Assembly (NCBI GenBank): GCA_951406725.2
Contig: OX597842.1
Location: 23,250,001-23,314,000 of the forward strand
DNA: 64,000 nucleotides
Reading direction: 5' to 3'
From: Octopus vulgaris
Lineage: Eukaryota
Shown here in pieces: positions 30,127 through 45,252 of the stretch. The position numbers and the translations under genes were made by a program. The notes beneath the pieces were generated by a model, which saw only the letters and a program-made list of their open reading frames with translations, did not search any database and was not told the DNA's origin. Numbering within the stretch: position 1 is the first letter of the stretch; each line of letters begins with the position of its first letter.

Positions 30127-30965
30127 GGATCTTTTCGGTTTGAAAGGCAGTTTTTTAAAATAATTTCCACGTAACTAAACACTTTTAAACTTCGTATACT
30201 GGTAGAATCTGTTTATAAAACATCTTTTTCTCTTGGATTTATTGAGAAAATGCTATAGTTTGTAACATATTTCAAGCATTTCGGCAATTTTAACCAATTG
30301 CTGACCTCCATTGACGTAAACAACATTCTGTGCCATATGAATATGTACCTCGTTTAAGAAACAGATTGGGTTTATTTACATTTGCGAAGAAAAAAAAGAT
30401 ACCCTTCCCCCACCCCTAACCCTAAAACAGATTGAAATGCAATAGATCGATACTAGGGTTATAATTATGGGTGACAATTTCATGGAAGCTATACTAGGTG
30501 CACAACACAGTGGGAAATGGAGTGACAGCGATCAACTCCGACGTCTGGCAGCTGACTTTGGCAGACACCCATAAAATTATTAACCATCTTACAAACAATA
30601 ACTCTGAGCACCTTTTCAAACTCCATCTGTCTAACACCCATGGACATGTTTACAAAGTCAGAAAACAGCACAGCTCCCATGACTTTAGGAAACATTTTTT
30701 CACGCTAAGAGTTGCTGAAGCATGGAACAAACTTCCAGCATCAGTTGTTAGTTGTCGGAGCACTGCTTCCTGAGATTGCCAACACTACACCTGATCTTTC
30801 TCCCCTCCATACACACGCAAGCATGTATCTGACTCATACACTGTTCGCTTTCCAGACATTTGTACATTACTGTATATGCTTTATATGCACTCTTGACAAG
30901 TTGTGGTGCGACTAAACACTGGATACAACAATTTCATTATTATTATTACAAACCGAAAAGATCCG
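30127..30965. mobile_element. GG-TIR MITE interrupted by a CR1 fragment
   Basis: Left TIR at 30127; right TIR remnant at 30949-30965. Confidence 0.7.
30484..30948 (+). mobile_element. 3' fragment of a related CR1-type LINE inserted in a MITE
   Basis: Encodes THKIINHLTNNNSEHLF...RKHFFTLRVAEAWNKLP with a (TAT)n tail; replaces about 30 bp of the MITE seen intact at 15430-15458. Confidence 0.85.
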
Positions 30966-31050
30966 TTGAATTCGTTCGGGTCTTTTTCTTCGTCGCATTC
31001 AGTCAACAACTTCACTTCCAAATTTCCACCAGATTATTATAACAAACTCT

Positions 31051-31190
31051 ACTCACACATTCTATCCTACGACTGTTTCCAGCTCATGACTTCACCGCAA
31101 ATACCTTAAGAAATAATCCGTCTTGTGGGCGTGGCATCGGGACGTGACGTCATGCCGTCGCTCTTCCGGTTCCCTCCCCCACAGCATTTC
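31051..31190 (-). promoter_or_regulatory. Duplicate of the CRE/ETS candidate promoter and minus-strand donor
   Basis: Near-identical to 15560-15700: TGACGTCA at 31145-31152, donor GTGAGT at 31056-31051. Confidence 0.4.
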
Positions 31191-32209
31191 CTCTCTTTTC
31201 CAATTATTGTCCCTCCTCTCCACTTGATCCCAATCTAATTAATACTGCTTCTCTAATCCGCTCATAATCGCCCATTCTGTTGGGTGTGATGTTCATTCAC
31301 ATTGCTAGCTGGTCTACTATACTGGATGGATCTTTTCTGTTTGAAAATAATTTCCACGCAGGAGTGGCTGTGTGGTAAGTAGCTTGCTAACCAACCACAT
31401 GGTTCCGGGTTCAGTCCCACTGCGTGGCACCTTGCGCAAGTGTCTTCTACTATAGCCTGGTGAATGGATTTGGCAGACGGAAACTGAAAGAAGCCCATTG
31501 TATGTATATATATATATATATATAGTGAATCCAAAGAAGAAAAAAAAGCACGTCAACGTGAGGACGTGGAACAAATATAGTATTGTTGGACGCTCAGGAA
31601 GGAAGGAAGAAGGAGGGTTTAACATTTCGAGCAGAGCTCTTTGTCGGAAACATAGGAGAAGGAAAGATCCAGAGAAGGGAAGACAGAAGAAAAAAAATCG
31701 CCAACGGTACACACGCGGTCACATTTTGAAAGCATGTATGTATGTATGTATGTAGGAGTAGGTGTGTGGTAAGTAGCTTGCTAACCAACCACACGGTTCC
31801 GGGTTCAGTCCCACTGCGTGGCACCTCGGGAAAGTGCCTGCTACTATAGCCTCGGGCCGATCAAAGCCTTGTGGGTGGATTTGGTAGACGGAAACTGAAA
31901 GAAGCCCTTCGTATATATATTTATATATGTGTGTGTGTGTGTTTGTTCCCATAGCATTGCTTGACAACCGATGCTGGTGTGTTTATGTCCCCGTTACTTA
32001 GCGGTTCGGCAAAATGGACCGATAGAATAAGTACTGGGCTTACAAAAAATAAGCCCTGGTGTCGATTTGCTTCACTAAAAGGCGGTGCTCCAGCATGGCC
32101 GCAGTCAAATGACTGAAACAAGTAAAAGAAATAAAGAAAGAGAGAGTAACTAAACACTTAATTAAAAAACTGCCGTTCAAACCGAAAAGATCCGTACCTA
32201 GTAGAGTTT

Positions 32210-32451
32210 TATAGCAGAATATATGAGTACATTTTATTAAAATAATCTGATGAAAGTTTGAAGAAATTGGGGTTAATTAAAAACCGGAACGAAACCAGCA
32301 GTCAGTAGAGCCATCTATTGGAGAATTGAAGGAATACAACTTTATAAAGGGAAATAACTTCGACTCCACTTTGCCGCCACCAATTATATTATTAATTAAG
32401 GAGCTTAATTACTGATCGTTGACTCGCTGTTTATGTCTGAATACGGTAAGT
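32210..32451 (+). promoter_or_regulatory. Putative non-coding exon 1 and donor of gene E
   Basis: Same module, tctgaatacg|GTAAGT (32446). Confidence 0.55.
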
Positions 32452-33805
32452 TGACAAAAATATACTTTAAGGCTGTAACGGTGATAATAATGCTAACAAT
32501 GATAATGTAAAGAATAAAATTATGTAACCCTCTCGATGTTACAGTAATTATTTTTCGAAGCGGGAACCTGACAACAATTAAGAAAATATAATTTGCTCGT
32601 CTTAATTAATAACTTCCAAACTGAAATGTTGATCTGTTGTTTAGGAAAACCTACGATCGACTGTTACATGCGATATAAAGGAAATTAACGGCTAATAATG
32701 ATAATGTAAAGAATAGAATTCTGTGAACCTCTCGATGTTACTGTAATTATTTTTCGAAGCGTGAACCTGACAACAATTAGGAAAATATAATTTGCTCGTC
32801 TTAATTAATAACTTCCAAACTGAAATGTTGATCTGTTGTTTAGGAAAACCTATGATCGACTTTTATATGTGATATAAAGTAAATTAATTGGTAAAATGAA
32901 AGTAATGTGTCATTATTGATTAGTAAAAGGTGAGGAGAACGGTTTAAGACTACAACATTAATTAATTCTGTTGTGTCTGGGGAGAGTCATTCTCTTTTGG
33001 TGCCTTATTATTTAACACACTCACCGATAGAATTTCCACTTATTTCTTATTTGTGTTTCCCTAAAATTTTCGTTTCGTCTTGCAACTTTTTCAATAGTTT
33101 TGACTCTGTCCGTTATTTACACTGTGTTCCCTTTTGTTTCTTTGTGCAGTCGATAAATTAAGTACCAGTTACGAACTGGGTCGATGTAATCAACTTAATC
33201 CGTTTGTCTGTCCTTGTTTGCCCCCTCTGTGTTTAAGCCTCTTGTGGGTAATAAAGAAACAGGTATTTCGTCTGCCGCTACGCTCTGAGTTCAACTTTCG
33301 CCAAGGTCGACTTTGCCTTTCATCCTTTCGGGGTCGATAAATTAAGGACCAGTTACGCACTGGGGTCGATGTAATCGACTTAATCCGTTTGTCTGTCCTT
33401 GTTTGTCCCCTTGTGGGCAATAAAGAAATAAGAATATATGGACCCCAGTATTTCCAGAAAGGAATGAAAGGCAAGATCGACCTCTGCCGTATTTGAACTC
33501 AGAACCTTAAATTTGACTTAAATTCTTTTCAGAGTGTATAAATAATAACGACGATGATGATGATGATAAGCATTTTTACTTAAGGCATAAGGCCTGTAAT
33601 TTGGTTGGGAGGTGTAATTCTATTATATGGACCCCTGCTTCTTATTTTATTGAACTCGGAAGTCTGAAAGGCAAAATGAACCTCGGTGGAATTTGAACTT
33701 TTAGAGTAAAATCCGATGAGAGTTACATGTGATAGAAAGTAAATAGATAATAGATTTCGTAGATTAACGGTAATTCAGAATCGTTACATGTTCTTTACAC
33801 TTAAT

Positions 33806-34409
33806 GGATCTTTTCCTTTTGAACGGCAGTTTTCAACACAATTTCTAGTTAACTAAACACTTTTAAACTTTGTATACTGGTAGAATGTGTCAAAATAAAA
33901 CATTTTTTTCTCTTGGCTTTCTTGAGAAAATTGTAATTTGTTTGTCTAACGTAGTTTGATTCTTTGAATTTTAACCAATCATTTGCTGCGTCTAAAACTG
34001 AGACAACATCCTGTAACTAACCCTAACTTTTTTTTTCTTAATTGTTTATAGAATTATTTTGATTGTTAATTGTTTAAATCACTTTCCATTGCTTTAGTTT
34101 TTTTACATGCGTAACATTTAAATCAATTTAACAATTAAGAAAAAAAATAATTTAGGGTTAGGGGGGAGGTTTAGGGTTAGTTACAGGATGTTGTTTCAGT
34201 TTTAGATGCAGCAAATGATTTTAGCTCAAAAGAGAGCATAGGATTGGTTAAAATTCGAAAAATTAAACTACGTTAAACAAACAAATTACAACTTTCTCAA
34301 GAAAGCCAAGAGAAAAAAAATGTTTTCTTTTGACACATTCTACCAGTATACGAAGTTTTAAAATGTTTAGTTGACTGGAAATTGTCTGCCATTCAAAAGG
34401 AAAAGATCC
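33806..34409. mobile_element. Fully palindromic (foldback) GG-TIR MITE
   Basis: Inverted arms longer than 200 bp; TSD cacttaat/catttaat; empty site near 24688. Confidence 0.8.
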
Positions 34410-35564
34410 CATTTAATTACTGCACAATAAGAGGAAACTCGCCTAATTAATTCTGATGGAATAATTACAAATCCGTCTGGGGTAAGTACTTAAATGTACC
34501 CCACCGACTTCGTTTCCTCGTCACTTTCTGAAAAATTGGTATTTTTAAATGAAATCTCTAAAAGAAGTACTCCAGCATGGCCACAGTCCCTGAGTGAAAC
34601 AGTAGCTGGCATTCTGTGTTTTAGTTCATCCAATTAACTGAAAAGCCTGCTCATGGAATTAACATGCAAATGGCTGAGTATTCCACAGACATGGGGACCC
34701 TTGATATAGTCTTCAGTGAGGCACAGCATGACACGGATGGTGAGAAGACTGGCCCTTTGAATTACAGGTGAAACTCATTTTTGACACCTGAGTGGACTGA
34801 TGCAAAGTGAAATAAAATGGCTTGGAGACTCATTGCACCACTGTGTATCGAACTCACAACTTTACAATTGTGAGTGAAATACCCTAACCACTAAGCCATG
34901 CCACTTCACAGGTGAAACAAGTGAAAGGAGAGAAGAGAAAGAAAACAGATAAATAATTAGAGAAATGTGGAAGCGATTCATCTATATACAGAATGTTGTA
35001 AAAGTTTCAATGCCTCAATGGATTCTGACCCATGCAAACGTAGATATTAAATGGATGACAATTGATGTCGTAAAATTGAATTACTCTGTTGTTTAACTAT
35101 CCATTTTATCTTACTGCATCTTTTCCTATTTCAGATTATCACATCGTGTCGACATAAAAGAAATTTCTTCATTCTGATGTGCCTCTGTTTTTATTGACTT
35201 CCCTTGACTGAAGGACGTCCACGTATTAACAAGAAACATTCATCAATACATCAGACTCTTAATATAAATTTGATCTTCGACAAATGATGGGAAAAAATTT
35301 CTGGACATTGTATTTGACAACAACATTGTTTTTCTTCACTGTCTGGAATGTAGAGGAGATTATCAATTAACAGTTTGATCAATGTTGGATAACTTTACAA
35401 AAGATTTGACAGTTTACATTTTAGACATGAAATAAAATCACAAACGAAACAAACATAAGATTAAATTATTCTCTGGAAATACAGACACAACTAAACACTA
35501 ACATCCACAGAATTTGGAAAAACACACTATTATTGTGATATTTATGACAGATTATTCTCTCCTA

Positions 35565-37229
35565 ATGAATAATTTGACTGAACCAAAAAACCCTGATACA
35601 AGAGAGAAGCCATATCGTTGTGATATCTGTGGTAAATCATTCTCTCAAAGGGGTTCTTTCACCTGTCACACACGTATTCATACTGGGGAAAAGCCATATC
35701 ACTGTGATATCTGTGGTAAATCATTCTCTCAGAGTGGTTCTTTGACTTATCACAAACGTATTCATACTGGGGAAAAACCATATCACTGTGATATCTGTGG
35801 TAAATTATTTTCTGGGTCTGGTCCCTTGAAATCACACAAACGTGTTCATACAGGAGAGAAGCCATATTACTGTGATATTTGTGGTAAATCATTCACTCAA
35901 AGGAGTAACTTGACTAAACACACATACACACATACAGGAGAGAGGCCATTTCATGGTGATATTTGTGATAAATCTTTCACTAGCAGTAGTCAATTAATTC
36001 GTCACAAACGCATTCATACTGGGGAGAAACCACATCACTGTGATATCTGTGGTAAATCATTCTCTCAAAGGGGTTCTTTGATTTATCACAAACGTATTCA
36101 TACTGGGGAAAAGCCATATCACTGTGACATCTGTGGTAAATCATTCTCTCAAAATAGTACTTTAACTAGTCACAAACGTATTCATACTGGGGAAAAACCA
36201 TATCAGTGTGATATCTGTGGTAAGTCATTTTCTGAGTCTGGTCTTTTGAAATTACACAAACGTATTCATACAGGAGAGAAGCCATATCACTGTAATATTT
36301 GTGGTAGGTCATTCTCTCAAAGGAGTGCCTTGACAAATCACACATACACACATACAGTAGATAAGCCATTTCATTGTAATATCTGTGATAAGTTTTTCAC
36401 TACCAATAGTCACTTAATTCGTCACAAACGCATTCATACTGGGGAAAAACCACATCACTGTCATATCTGTGGTAAATCATTTTCCACAAAAGAAACTTTA
36501 GCTCGTCACAAACGTATTCATACTGGGGAAAAGCCATATCAATGTGATATTTGTGGTAAATCATTTTCTCAAAGTGGTGACTTGCTTAAACACAAACGTA
36601 CTCATACAGGAGAGAAGCCATATCATTGTAATATCTGTGGAAGATCATTTTCTGGAAGTAGTGACGTGATTAAACACAAACGTACTCATACAGGCGAGAA
36701 GCCATATCATTGTAGTATCTGTGGTAAATCATTTTTTGAAAGTAGTAGTTTAAGTAGTCACAAACGTATTCATACGGGAGAGAGGCCATATCATTGTGAT
36801 ATCTGTGGTAAATCATTCTCTACAAGTAGTCGTTTGACTAGTCACAAGTCTATTCATACAGGAGAGAAGCCATATCGTTGTAATATCTGTGATAAATCAT
36901 TCTCCCGAAATGGGGGCTTGTCTAGACATAAACGTATCCATACGGGAGAGAAGCCATACCATTGTGATATCTGTGGCAAATCATTCTCTAGAAATACTTA
37001 TTTGACTGATCACAAGCGTATTCATACTGAGGAAAACCCATATCAGTGTGATATTTGTGGTAAATCATTTTCTCACAACAATACTTTAAATAATCACAAA
37101 CGTATTCATACAGGAGAGAAGCCATATCATTGTAATATCTGTGGTAAATCATTCTCTCAAAGTGGGGTCTTGTCTAAACACAAACGTACACATACAGGGA
37201 AGAAGCCACATGATTGTGATATCTGGTGA
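35565..37229 (+). CDS. C2H2 zinc-finger protein, 19 fingers (gene E)
   Basis: ORF 35514..37229. Start MNNLTEPK at 35565; acceptor ends at 35134; ends CDIW*. Confidence 0.9.
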   Translation: MNNLTEPKNPDTREKPYRCDICGKSFSQRGSFTCHTRIHTGEKPYHCDICGKSFSQSGSLTYHKRIHTGEKPYHCDICGKLFSGSGPLKSHKRVHTGEKPYYCDICGKSFTQRSNLTKHTYTHTGERPFHGDICDKSFTSSSQLIRHKRIHTGEKPHHCDICGKSFSQRGSLIYHKRIHTGEKPYHCDICGKSFSQNSTLTSHKRIHTGEKPYQCDICGKSFSESGLLKLHKRIHTGEKPYHCNICGRSFSQRSALTNHTYTHTVDKPFHCNICDKFFTTNSHLIRHKRIHTGEKPHHCHICGKSFSTKETLARHKRIHTGEKPYQCDICGKSFSQSGDLLKHKRTHTGEKPYHCNICGRSFSGSSDVIKHKRTHTGEKPYHCSICGKSFFESSSLSSHKRIHTGERPYHCDICGKSFSTSSRLTSHKSIHTGEKPYRCNICDKSFSRNGGLSRHKRIHTGEKPYHCDICGKSFSRNTYLTDHKRIHTEENPYQCDICGKSFSHNNTLNNHKRIHTGEKPYHCNICGKSFSQSGVLSKHKRTHTGKKPHDCDIW

Positions 37230-37626
37230 ATCATTCTCTAGCAATAGTAACAAACCTATTCATACTGGGGAAAAAACCATATCAGTGTGATATCTGTGGT
37301 AAACCATTCTCTGCAAATGGCCTCTTAAGTACACATGTGAGTATTCATACACAAGTGTAACTATCAATATCAAAATTTATTACAACAGGACAACAATTAT
37401 GAATATTTTGTCTGCCATAAGACAGGGCTTATTCCTTGATGTTATCGACTTCAATTCCATCACCGTCAATATGAAATTCATGAATATGAACCTCAGTATC
37501 ATGTATGTGTCTAAATATATTAAAACAGTGATGATTTGTGAAGAAGATGGTGCTGGATTTTTGAGGAATTTCTTACGAGAGAATGCAGGAATGGGAATAA
37601 TGAATGAAAGATTTAAGAGACATTAA

Positions 37627-38130
<504 letters not shown>

Positions 38131-38521
38131 TTTACCATCCATTTTCTTTGCAGGCTTGGGTGGAAAAGTGTGACAGGTGATGAGAGTTGTTAAATCCATA
38201 TATACTTCCTTGGTTATTCATATGTAAAATCCATTGTATTATCTTGTATTCCAAATATAATTCATATATTGAGTTTAGAAATGTGAAATTTGGTGCCTTA
38301 TAATTTAATATTGGTGTAAAGGCTTAGCACTGAAATAGTCAAAACTATTGGAAAGGTTGCAAGACGCAACAAAAATTTTAGAAAAAGAAAAAGTAAATAA
38401 GTGGAAATTTTACTGGTGAGTGTGTTACATTATCAGGCACCAAAAGAGAATGACTCTCCCCTGACAACAGAATATGGTTCAACACACAAACTCACATAAA
38501 GAATTTTGCAAACCAAACCCA

Positions 38522-38552
<31 letters not shown>

Positions 38553-38774
38553 TTTATACATATACTGGAGTAAACACATAAATATGAAACAAGGTGGAAA
38601 AAGGAGTACTCAAATATGAGAGGTAGAGTAATATGCTTTATTTAAAAGCAGCAGAAATTTAACAAAAGCTGTTACTCAGAGTAAATATATATATATATTG
38701 GTAAAAACGGTAAGATAACAAAAGAAAGAAAGAGACCTCAATATTATGTAAATAAAGGAATTTATCTGTAAAAT

Positions 38775-38994
38775 AATATGTGACAATTATTCAATAGCCA
38801 AGATAAAACTCTGAGTTTCAGATGCCGAAGTGGAAATCCACACCACCATCTCTTCGGTTATCTGGCCATCTGAAAAACGCTAAACATAGCGTTTCTCAAA
38901 CGGCCACATAACCGAAGAGATGGTGTTGTGGATTTCCACTTCGGCATCTGAAACTCAGAGTTTTATCTTGGCTACCGAATAATTGTCACATATT
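38775..38994. repeat. ~110-bp-arm inverted repeat, Penelope-like terminus with two opposed hammerhead-like motifs
   Basis: Near-perfect hairpin centred near 38884. Each arm reads ataa-CCGAAGA-gatg...catct-GAAA-ctcagag-TT-ttat on its own strand. Confidence 0.65.
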
Positions 38995-39176
38995 ACATTT
39001 ACAGATATATATATATATGTATATTACCTCAACATCCAAGCATCCTCATTCTACATTGAGAGATGGACGCTTCATTTTTGTGCTGGTGCCACATTATGTC
39101 GTACGCGAATGAGAGGATTTGCATCCCCAACGTAGAATTTTTGATGTAATACATGTCCTTGAGGTAGTAATTGTGC

Positions 39177-39254
39177 GCGGCTGAAGAAGGCCATAGACAC
39201 ACATTATGCATTGTTATAAATCCGTCTAATAAAGGCCCGAAATATATGTACCGC
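39177..39254 (+). ncRNA. Minimal type I hammerhead ribozyme-like motif (same family)
   Basis: gcgg-CTGAAGA-aggcc...ggccc-GAAA-tatatg-TA-ccgc. Confidence 0.55.
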
Positions 39255-39349
39255 TGAATCCTTCGCATCATGTTTTTATTTTGATTAATTTACTCCACCA
39301 AACGGTATATACAGGTGCTTAGAATTATCAAGTACTCACCCTGAATTTC

Positions 39350-39450
39350 TATATGTATATATATATATGTATATATATATATGTATATGTAAATATATAT
39401 ATATATATGTAAATATGTATATATATATATATATATGTATATATATACAC
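39350..39450. repeat. (TA)n-rich microsatellite
   Basis: About 100 bp of imperfect TA repeats. Confidence 0.9.
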
Positions 39451-39843
39451 ACAGGTGCTGGAGTGGGTGTGTGGTAAGAAGTTTGCTTCCCAACCACATG
39501 GTTCCAGGTTCAGTCCCACTGCGTGACACCTTGGACAAGTGTCTTTTACTATAGCCACGAGCTGACCAAAGCTGTGTGAGTGGATTTGTTAGACGGAAAC
39601 TGAAAGTAGTCCATCGTTTATATATATAGATATGTAAATATATAGGATGTCGAATATCTTTAGAAATTTCACCACCAGTGGCCTAGCATGTATAAAAGTC
39701 AATAGACAACAATGCTAGAAGAAGCAGTTAAAATGACCAAAACCACATTGCTCTTAAATGTGGTCTTGGTCGTTTTGACTGCTTCTTCTAGCGTGTAAAA
39801 CTTACCTGTTAAAGATAGTTTTCTCTTGTGTTTAAATGTACAC

Positions 39844-39874
<31 letters not shown>

Positions 39875-41059
39875 ATACACACACACATATATCACCATGA
39901 CCGACCAAGCTATAAGATGTTGCTACACATCGCTGGTCACAATGTGCTTCACATTGTTTTAGCCTTCAAATGATGCCACCCCACTGGCTAAGCGAGCAGG
40001 CCAACAGCAGAAAGTTGTGGTGAAAGGGAGCTTTTAGGTGTTTTCGCTCAATAAACACACACAATGCCCGGTCTGGGAAACGAAACTGCGATCCTATGAG
40101 CACAAGTCCACTGCCCTAACCACTGGGCCATTGCGCATCCACACACACACACACATATATAAATATATTCATCTCTCTCGCTCTTTATTTTCCCAGGATG
40201 GAAAATATTACTACAGGATGATAATGACAATGATGATGATGGTGATTAAAAAACAAGATGGACAAAGTCAACAGTTTAACCTTTTATTCATTATTTCCAT
40301 TTTTTTATTCTCTCAAAACAAATTCTTCAAAAATCCAGCACGATCATCTTCAGAAATCAAAAGCATTGTTGTGTTCATATATTTCAGGTATATTGTATAT
40401 ACACGACATTCAGGTTGATATCCATGAATTTGATGTTGATACTGCTAAAACTGGTGTTGATAACGTGAAATTTGAAGAGGAAAAATCTCTGTCCTTTAGC
40501 AGACAAAACAATCACAATTGTTTTCATGTAATAAATTTTGATATTGAACATCAAAATAAAAAATCAAATGGAAATAGTAGTTAAGACACTCGTGCTGGTG
40601 ACACGTGAAAAGCACCGCCCGAATGCGGCAGATACTAGCGTCGCCTGACTGGCGTCTCTCATAACAAATTCCTCAAAAATTCAGCACAATCCTCTTCATT
40701 TATATATGCCAGTAGTGCCTGACGGTGGCATGTAAAAGCACCCTCTACACTCTCGGAGTGGTTGGCGTTAGGAAGTGTATCCAGCTGTAGAAACTCGGCC
40801 AGATCAAGATTGGAGTCTCGTGCAGCCTTCTGGTTCACCAGACCTCAGTCAAATCGTCCCACTCATACTAGCATGGAAAGCAGACGTTAAACGATGATGA
40901 TGATGATATGATGTTGAAGTTGTTATTCATAAATTTCATATTGACATTGATGAAATTGAAGTTGATAACATGAAGCTTGAAGAGGAATAAACCCTGTTTT
41001 TCATCTGACATAATATTCATAATTTTTGTCCAGTTGTAATAAATTTTGACACTGACATA

Positions 41060-41990
<931 letters not shown>

Positions 41991-42870
41991 TCATACATGT
42001 CACAATGATATCGTGTTTTTCATTTCTATGAAAGTTTGTGTCCAGTTTTATCACTATTTTCAGAGAATATGTTTTTTTCATTAGTGATTTTACTAAAATA
42101 GATGTATATTGTGAACTCTTTTGTAAAGTTAACGAAGCAAATTTAATCTGTAAATTGATTATCTCCTCTACATTCCAGATAATGAAGACAACAAAAATAT
42201 TGTTGTTAATTACATAGTCCAGAAGAAATATTTTCCCATCGTTTGTTGAAGATTTTGTTCATACAAAGAAGTTGATGCGTTGATGAATGTGCCTTATGAA
42301 TATATGGTCTTCCTTTAATTGATGAAAGCCAATAGAAATATCAGAGGCACATCTGAATGAAGAAGTTTCTTTTACGTCAACAGGATGTGATATTCTGAAA
42401 TAGAAAAAGAAGCATTGAGATAAAGAGGGAAGTCAAACAACAGTGTAATTCAACATTGCAAATATTTCAACATCAACACTGAAGCCGCCAGAATTTTGGA
42501 AAAGTTCTTTTATTTATTCATTATTATTGGTGATTTTGTTCATTCTTTGGACTAGTCAAAATTTTGCGAAAGTGCAAACAGGTTGTTCATTTATATAAAA
42601 CAAATGTTTTTTTTTGTTTAGAAGAGGACATCATTGTTTTTGGTTTTTTAGGGGGGTGAGGTTCCAGAACAATGAAGATCCAATTCCTTCCCTTATATGA
42701 AGTAATCTACCCAGTATTCATTCTTTATCAAGTGAAGAAAAGGTATGGACGATTTGTTTTGGAGTCTAATAATACCATGTATGCCTATGAGGATTTACTT
42801 TCCCAATGAAACTCAGTTTTTTCTCAAACCTGTTATAATGTGATACATGTCTTTGGTGTGGTAATTGTAC

Positions 42871-42963
42871 GCGGCTGAAGAAGGCTTTTGATCTATATGT
42901 TATATCAATTATGCATTGATATAAGAATAAGTTGTTCAATAAAGCCCGAAACATATGTACCGC
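42871..42963 (+). ncRNA. Minimal type I hammerhead ribozyme-like motif
   Basis: gcgg-CTGAAGA-aggcttt...aaagccc-GAAA-catatg-TA-ccgc: stem I, conserved core, stem II, palindromic stem III and a GUA site. Confidence 0.6.
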
Positions 42964-43576
42964 AAAATCCTTTGCGTCCTGTTTTTCTTTTAATACATCA
43001 TCATCATCAATTAACGTCCGCTTTCCATGCTAGCATGGGTTGGATGGTTCGACCAGGGATCTGGGAAGCCAGAAGGCTGCACCAGGCCCAGTCTGATCTG
43101 GCAGTGTTTCTACAGCTGGATGCCCTGAGTGTAGTGGGTGCTTTTTACGTGCCAGACGAGGCTGGCAAATGGCCACGATCAATGGTGCTTTTTAAGTACC
43201 ACTGGTACGAAAGCCAGCTGGCATCGGTCACGTTCGGATGGTACTTTTTATGTGCTATCGGCACAGAAGCCAGTCGAGGCGGCCATGTTCGGATACATAT
43301 AAATAAATAGAAAGATAGATTGACCGACAGGTAGGCAGACAGACAGATAGGTAGGTAGGGAGAGAGAGACCTCTCCTTCAATTTGACATGTATTCACCAT
43401 ATATTTATTTGTTTAGTCACTTTACCATTGTACTTACATGAGTTCAAGGATGGAGACCTCTCCAAGATGTCGGTTCTAGGATGGGGTGCAGCCATCACTG
43501 AAATCAATTTTGCTTTCTTTTTCTTTTTTTTTAAGGTCCCAGAAGGAAGATGAGAGGTTCTATGAAAATTTAAATA

Positions 43577-43777
43577 TTGGGTTGTCCGGAAAGTTCATTT
43601 TTAAAGGAAAGAAAAAGGTCAATAAATACTTGCCATTACATTTTTAATCAACCAAATATGAACCATTTTCTTGCACAATGCGTATCCATATTTCCTATTT
43701 TATGGACTCAACCATGTTCTAAAATAAGTCGAAAGGTAATCTACTATAACTCGGCACAAACTTTCCAGACAACCCAA
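43577..43777. mobile_element. Tc1/mariner-type MITE
   Basis: TA|ttgggttgtccggaaagtt ... aactttccagacaacccaa|TA. Confidence 0.75.
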
Positions 43778-43779
43778 TA

Positions 43780-44189
43780 CATATATATATATAAAGCTGA
43801 AGTTGTCTGTGTGTGTCAGGTTTGGTAGCCTTCAACTAGCACTATCTCCTCCGAGACCCTGTGGCGCAAGTTGACCAAAATTAAGAGTATGATAGAAGAA
43901 GGCTTGCTCTTCCTTTTGTAGAAGGAAAAATTCAAATCAGAACATGTTAAGATCAAAAATTATTTACATCAAAGAGGTGCTTTTTTTCTATGAAAAGCCC
44001 TATTTTTTACGATTTTTTGACTGCTGTGTCATCATTTTTCAGTGTATTTCAACCAGAAAAATGTTCACTTAAAGAGAATAACAAAGCTACATAATGCAAA
44101 ATTTTTACTTTTCGAAAATTCCAATTCTAAAGGGTCGTTTTAAGCACAACTATAAAACAAACCCGAGCAATGCCGGGCTATACTGCTAG
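43780..44189 (+). mobile_element. Non-autonomous Helitron
   Basis: tatatataaagctgaagttgtctgtg 5' end; cccgagcaatgccggg hairpin and CTAG at 44186-44189, followed by T. Confidence 0.7.
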
Positions 44190-45214
44190 TAAATATATAT
44201 ATACCATGTGATCGACCAGACCATCAGATGTCGCTACAAATCGCTGGTCTGCATTGCACATTCGTCGTCACTGCCTGATTTGTCTCTTTCCGGGTTATTT
44301 TTTATGTTTAGCCCTGAGACAGTCCAAGGGGACACGACCAGACTGCTACAGTGTTGGGTAATCCTTGACAACAGGGGTCCCGGTGCGCGCATTTGCATTA
44401 TCGCGCATCCGCGCTTGCTAGCCGTGACGAGTCGAGCCTTACTTTATGTTTTTGTGTTTTATTTACTTTGTTTAAAATTATTTTGTGTAAAAAAATTATT
44501 GGATCTTTTCGGTTTGAACGGCAGTTTTTTAAAATAACTTTTATGTAACTAAACACTTTTAAACTTCGTATACTGGTAGAATGAGTTTATAAAACATCTT
44601 TTTCTCTTGGCTTTATTGAGAAATTTCTGTAGTTTGTAACATATTTGTTGTTTAATTTCGGCAATTTCAACCAATCAAAGACGTCTATTGAGGTGAAAAC
44701 GATTTCTGCCGTAACATCTACAGGCGGCGTCATATGAAAATGTCCCTTTTATGAGAAAAACGATACCCTGTGACCATAAACTGAGGGGTCTCTCGTAAAC
44801 AGAGCTGGATAACAAAACAGTTCCCTTTTTAGTGTCCACCCATAATTATGTCCCTAATATCGATCTATTGCATTTCAATCTCTTTTAGGGTTAGGGTTGG
44901 GGGGAAGGGTATCGTTTTTTTTCTTCAGAAATCGTTTTCACCACAACAGACGTCATTGATTGGTTGAAATTCCCGAAATGCAAGAAATATATTAATGTAG
45001 TTTCTTCAATCGGTTTCCTCTCATTTTACTAATAAATTAAGCCGCTTTACCCTCATTTTACCAATTAATTTCCTTTATATGACATGAAACAGTCGATCAT
45101 AGGTTTTCATAATCGATAAATCAACATTTCAGTTTGGAATTTGTTACTTAAGACGAACAAATATATTTTCCTAATTATCGACAGGTTCCCGCTTGGAAAA
45201 ATAATTACTGTAAC

Positions 45215-45216
<2 letters not shown>

Positions 45217-45252
<36 letters not shown>

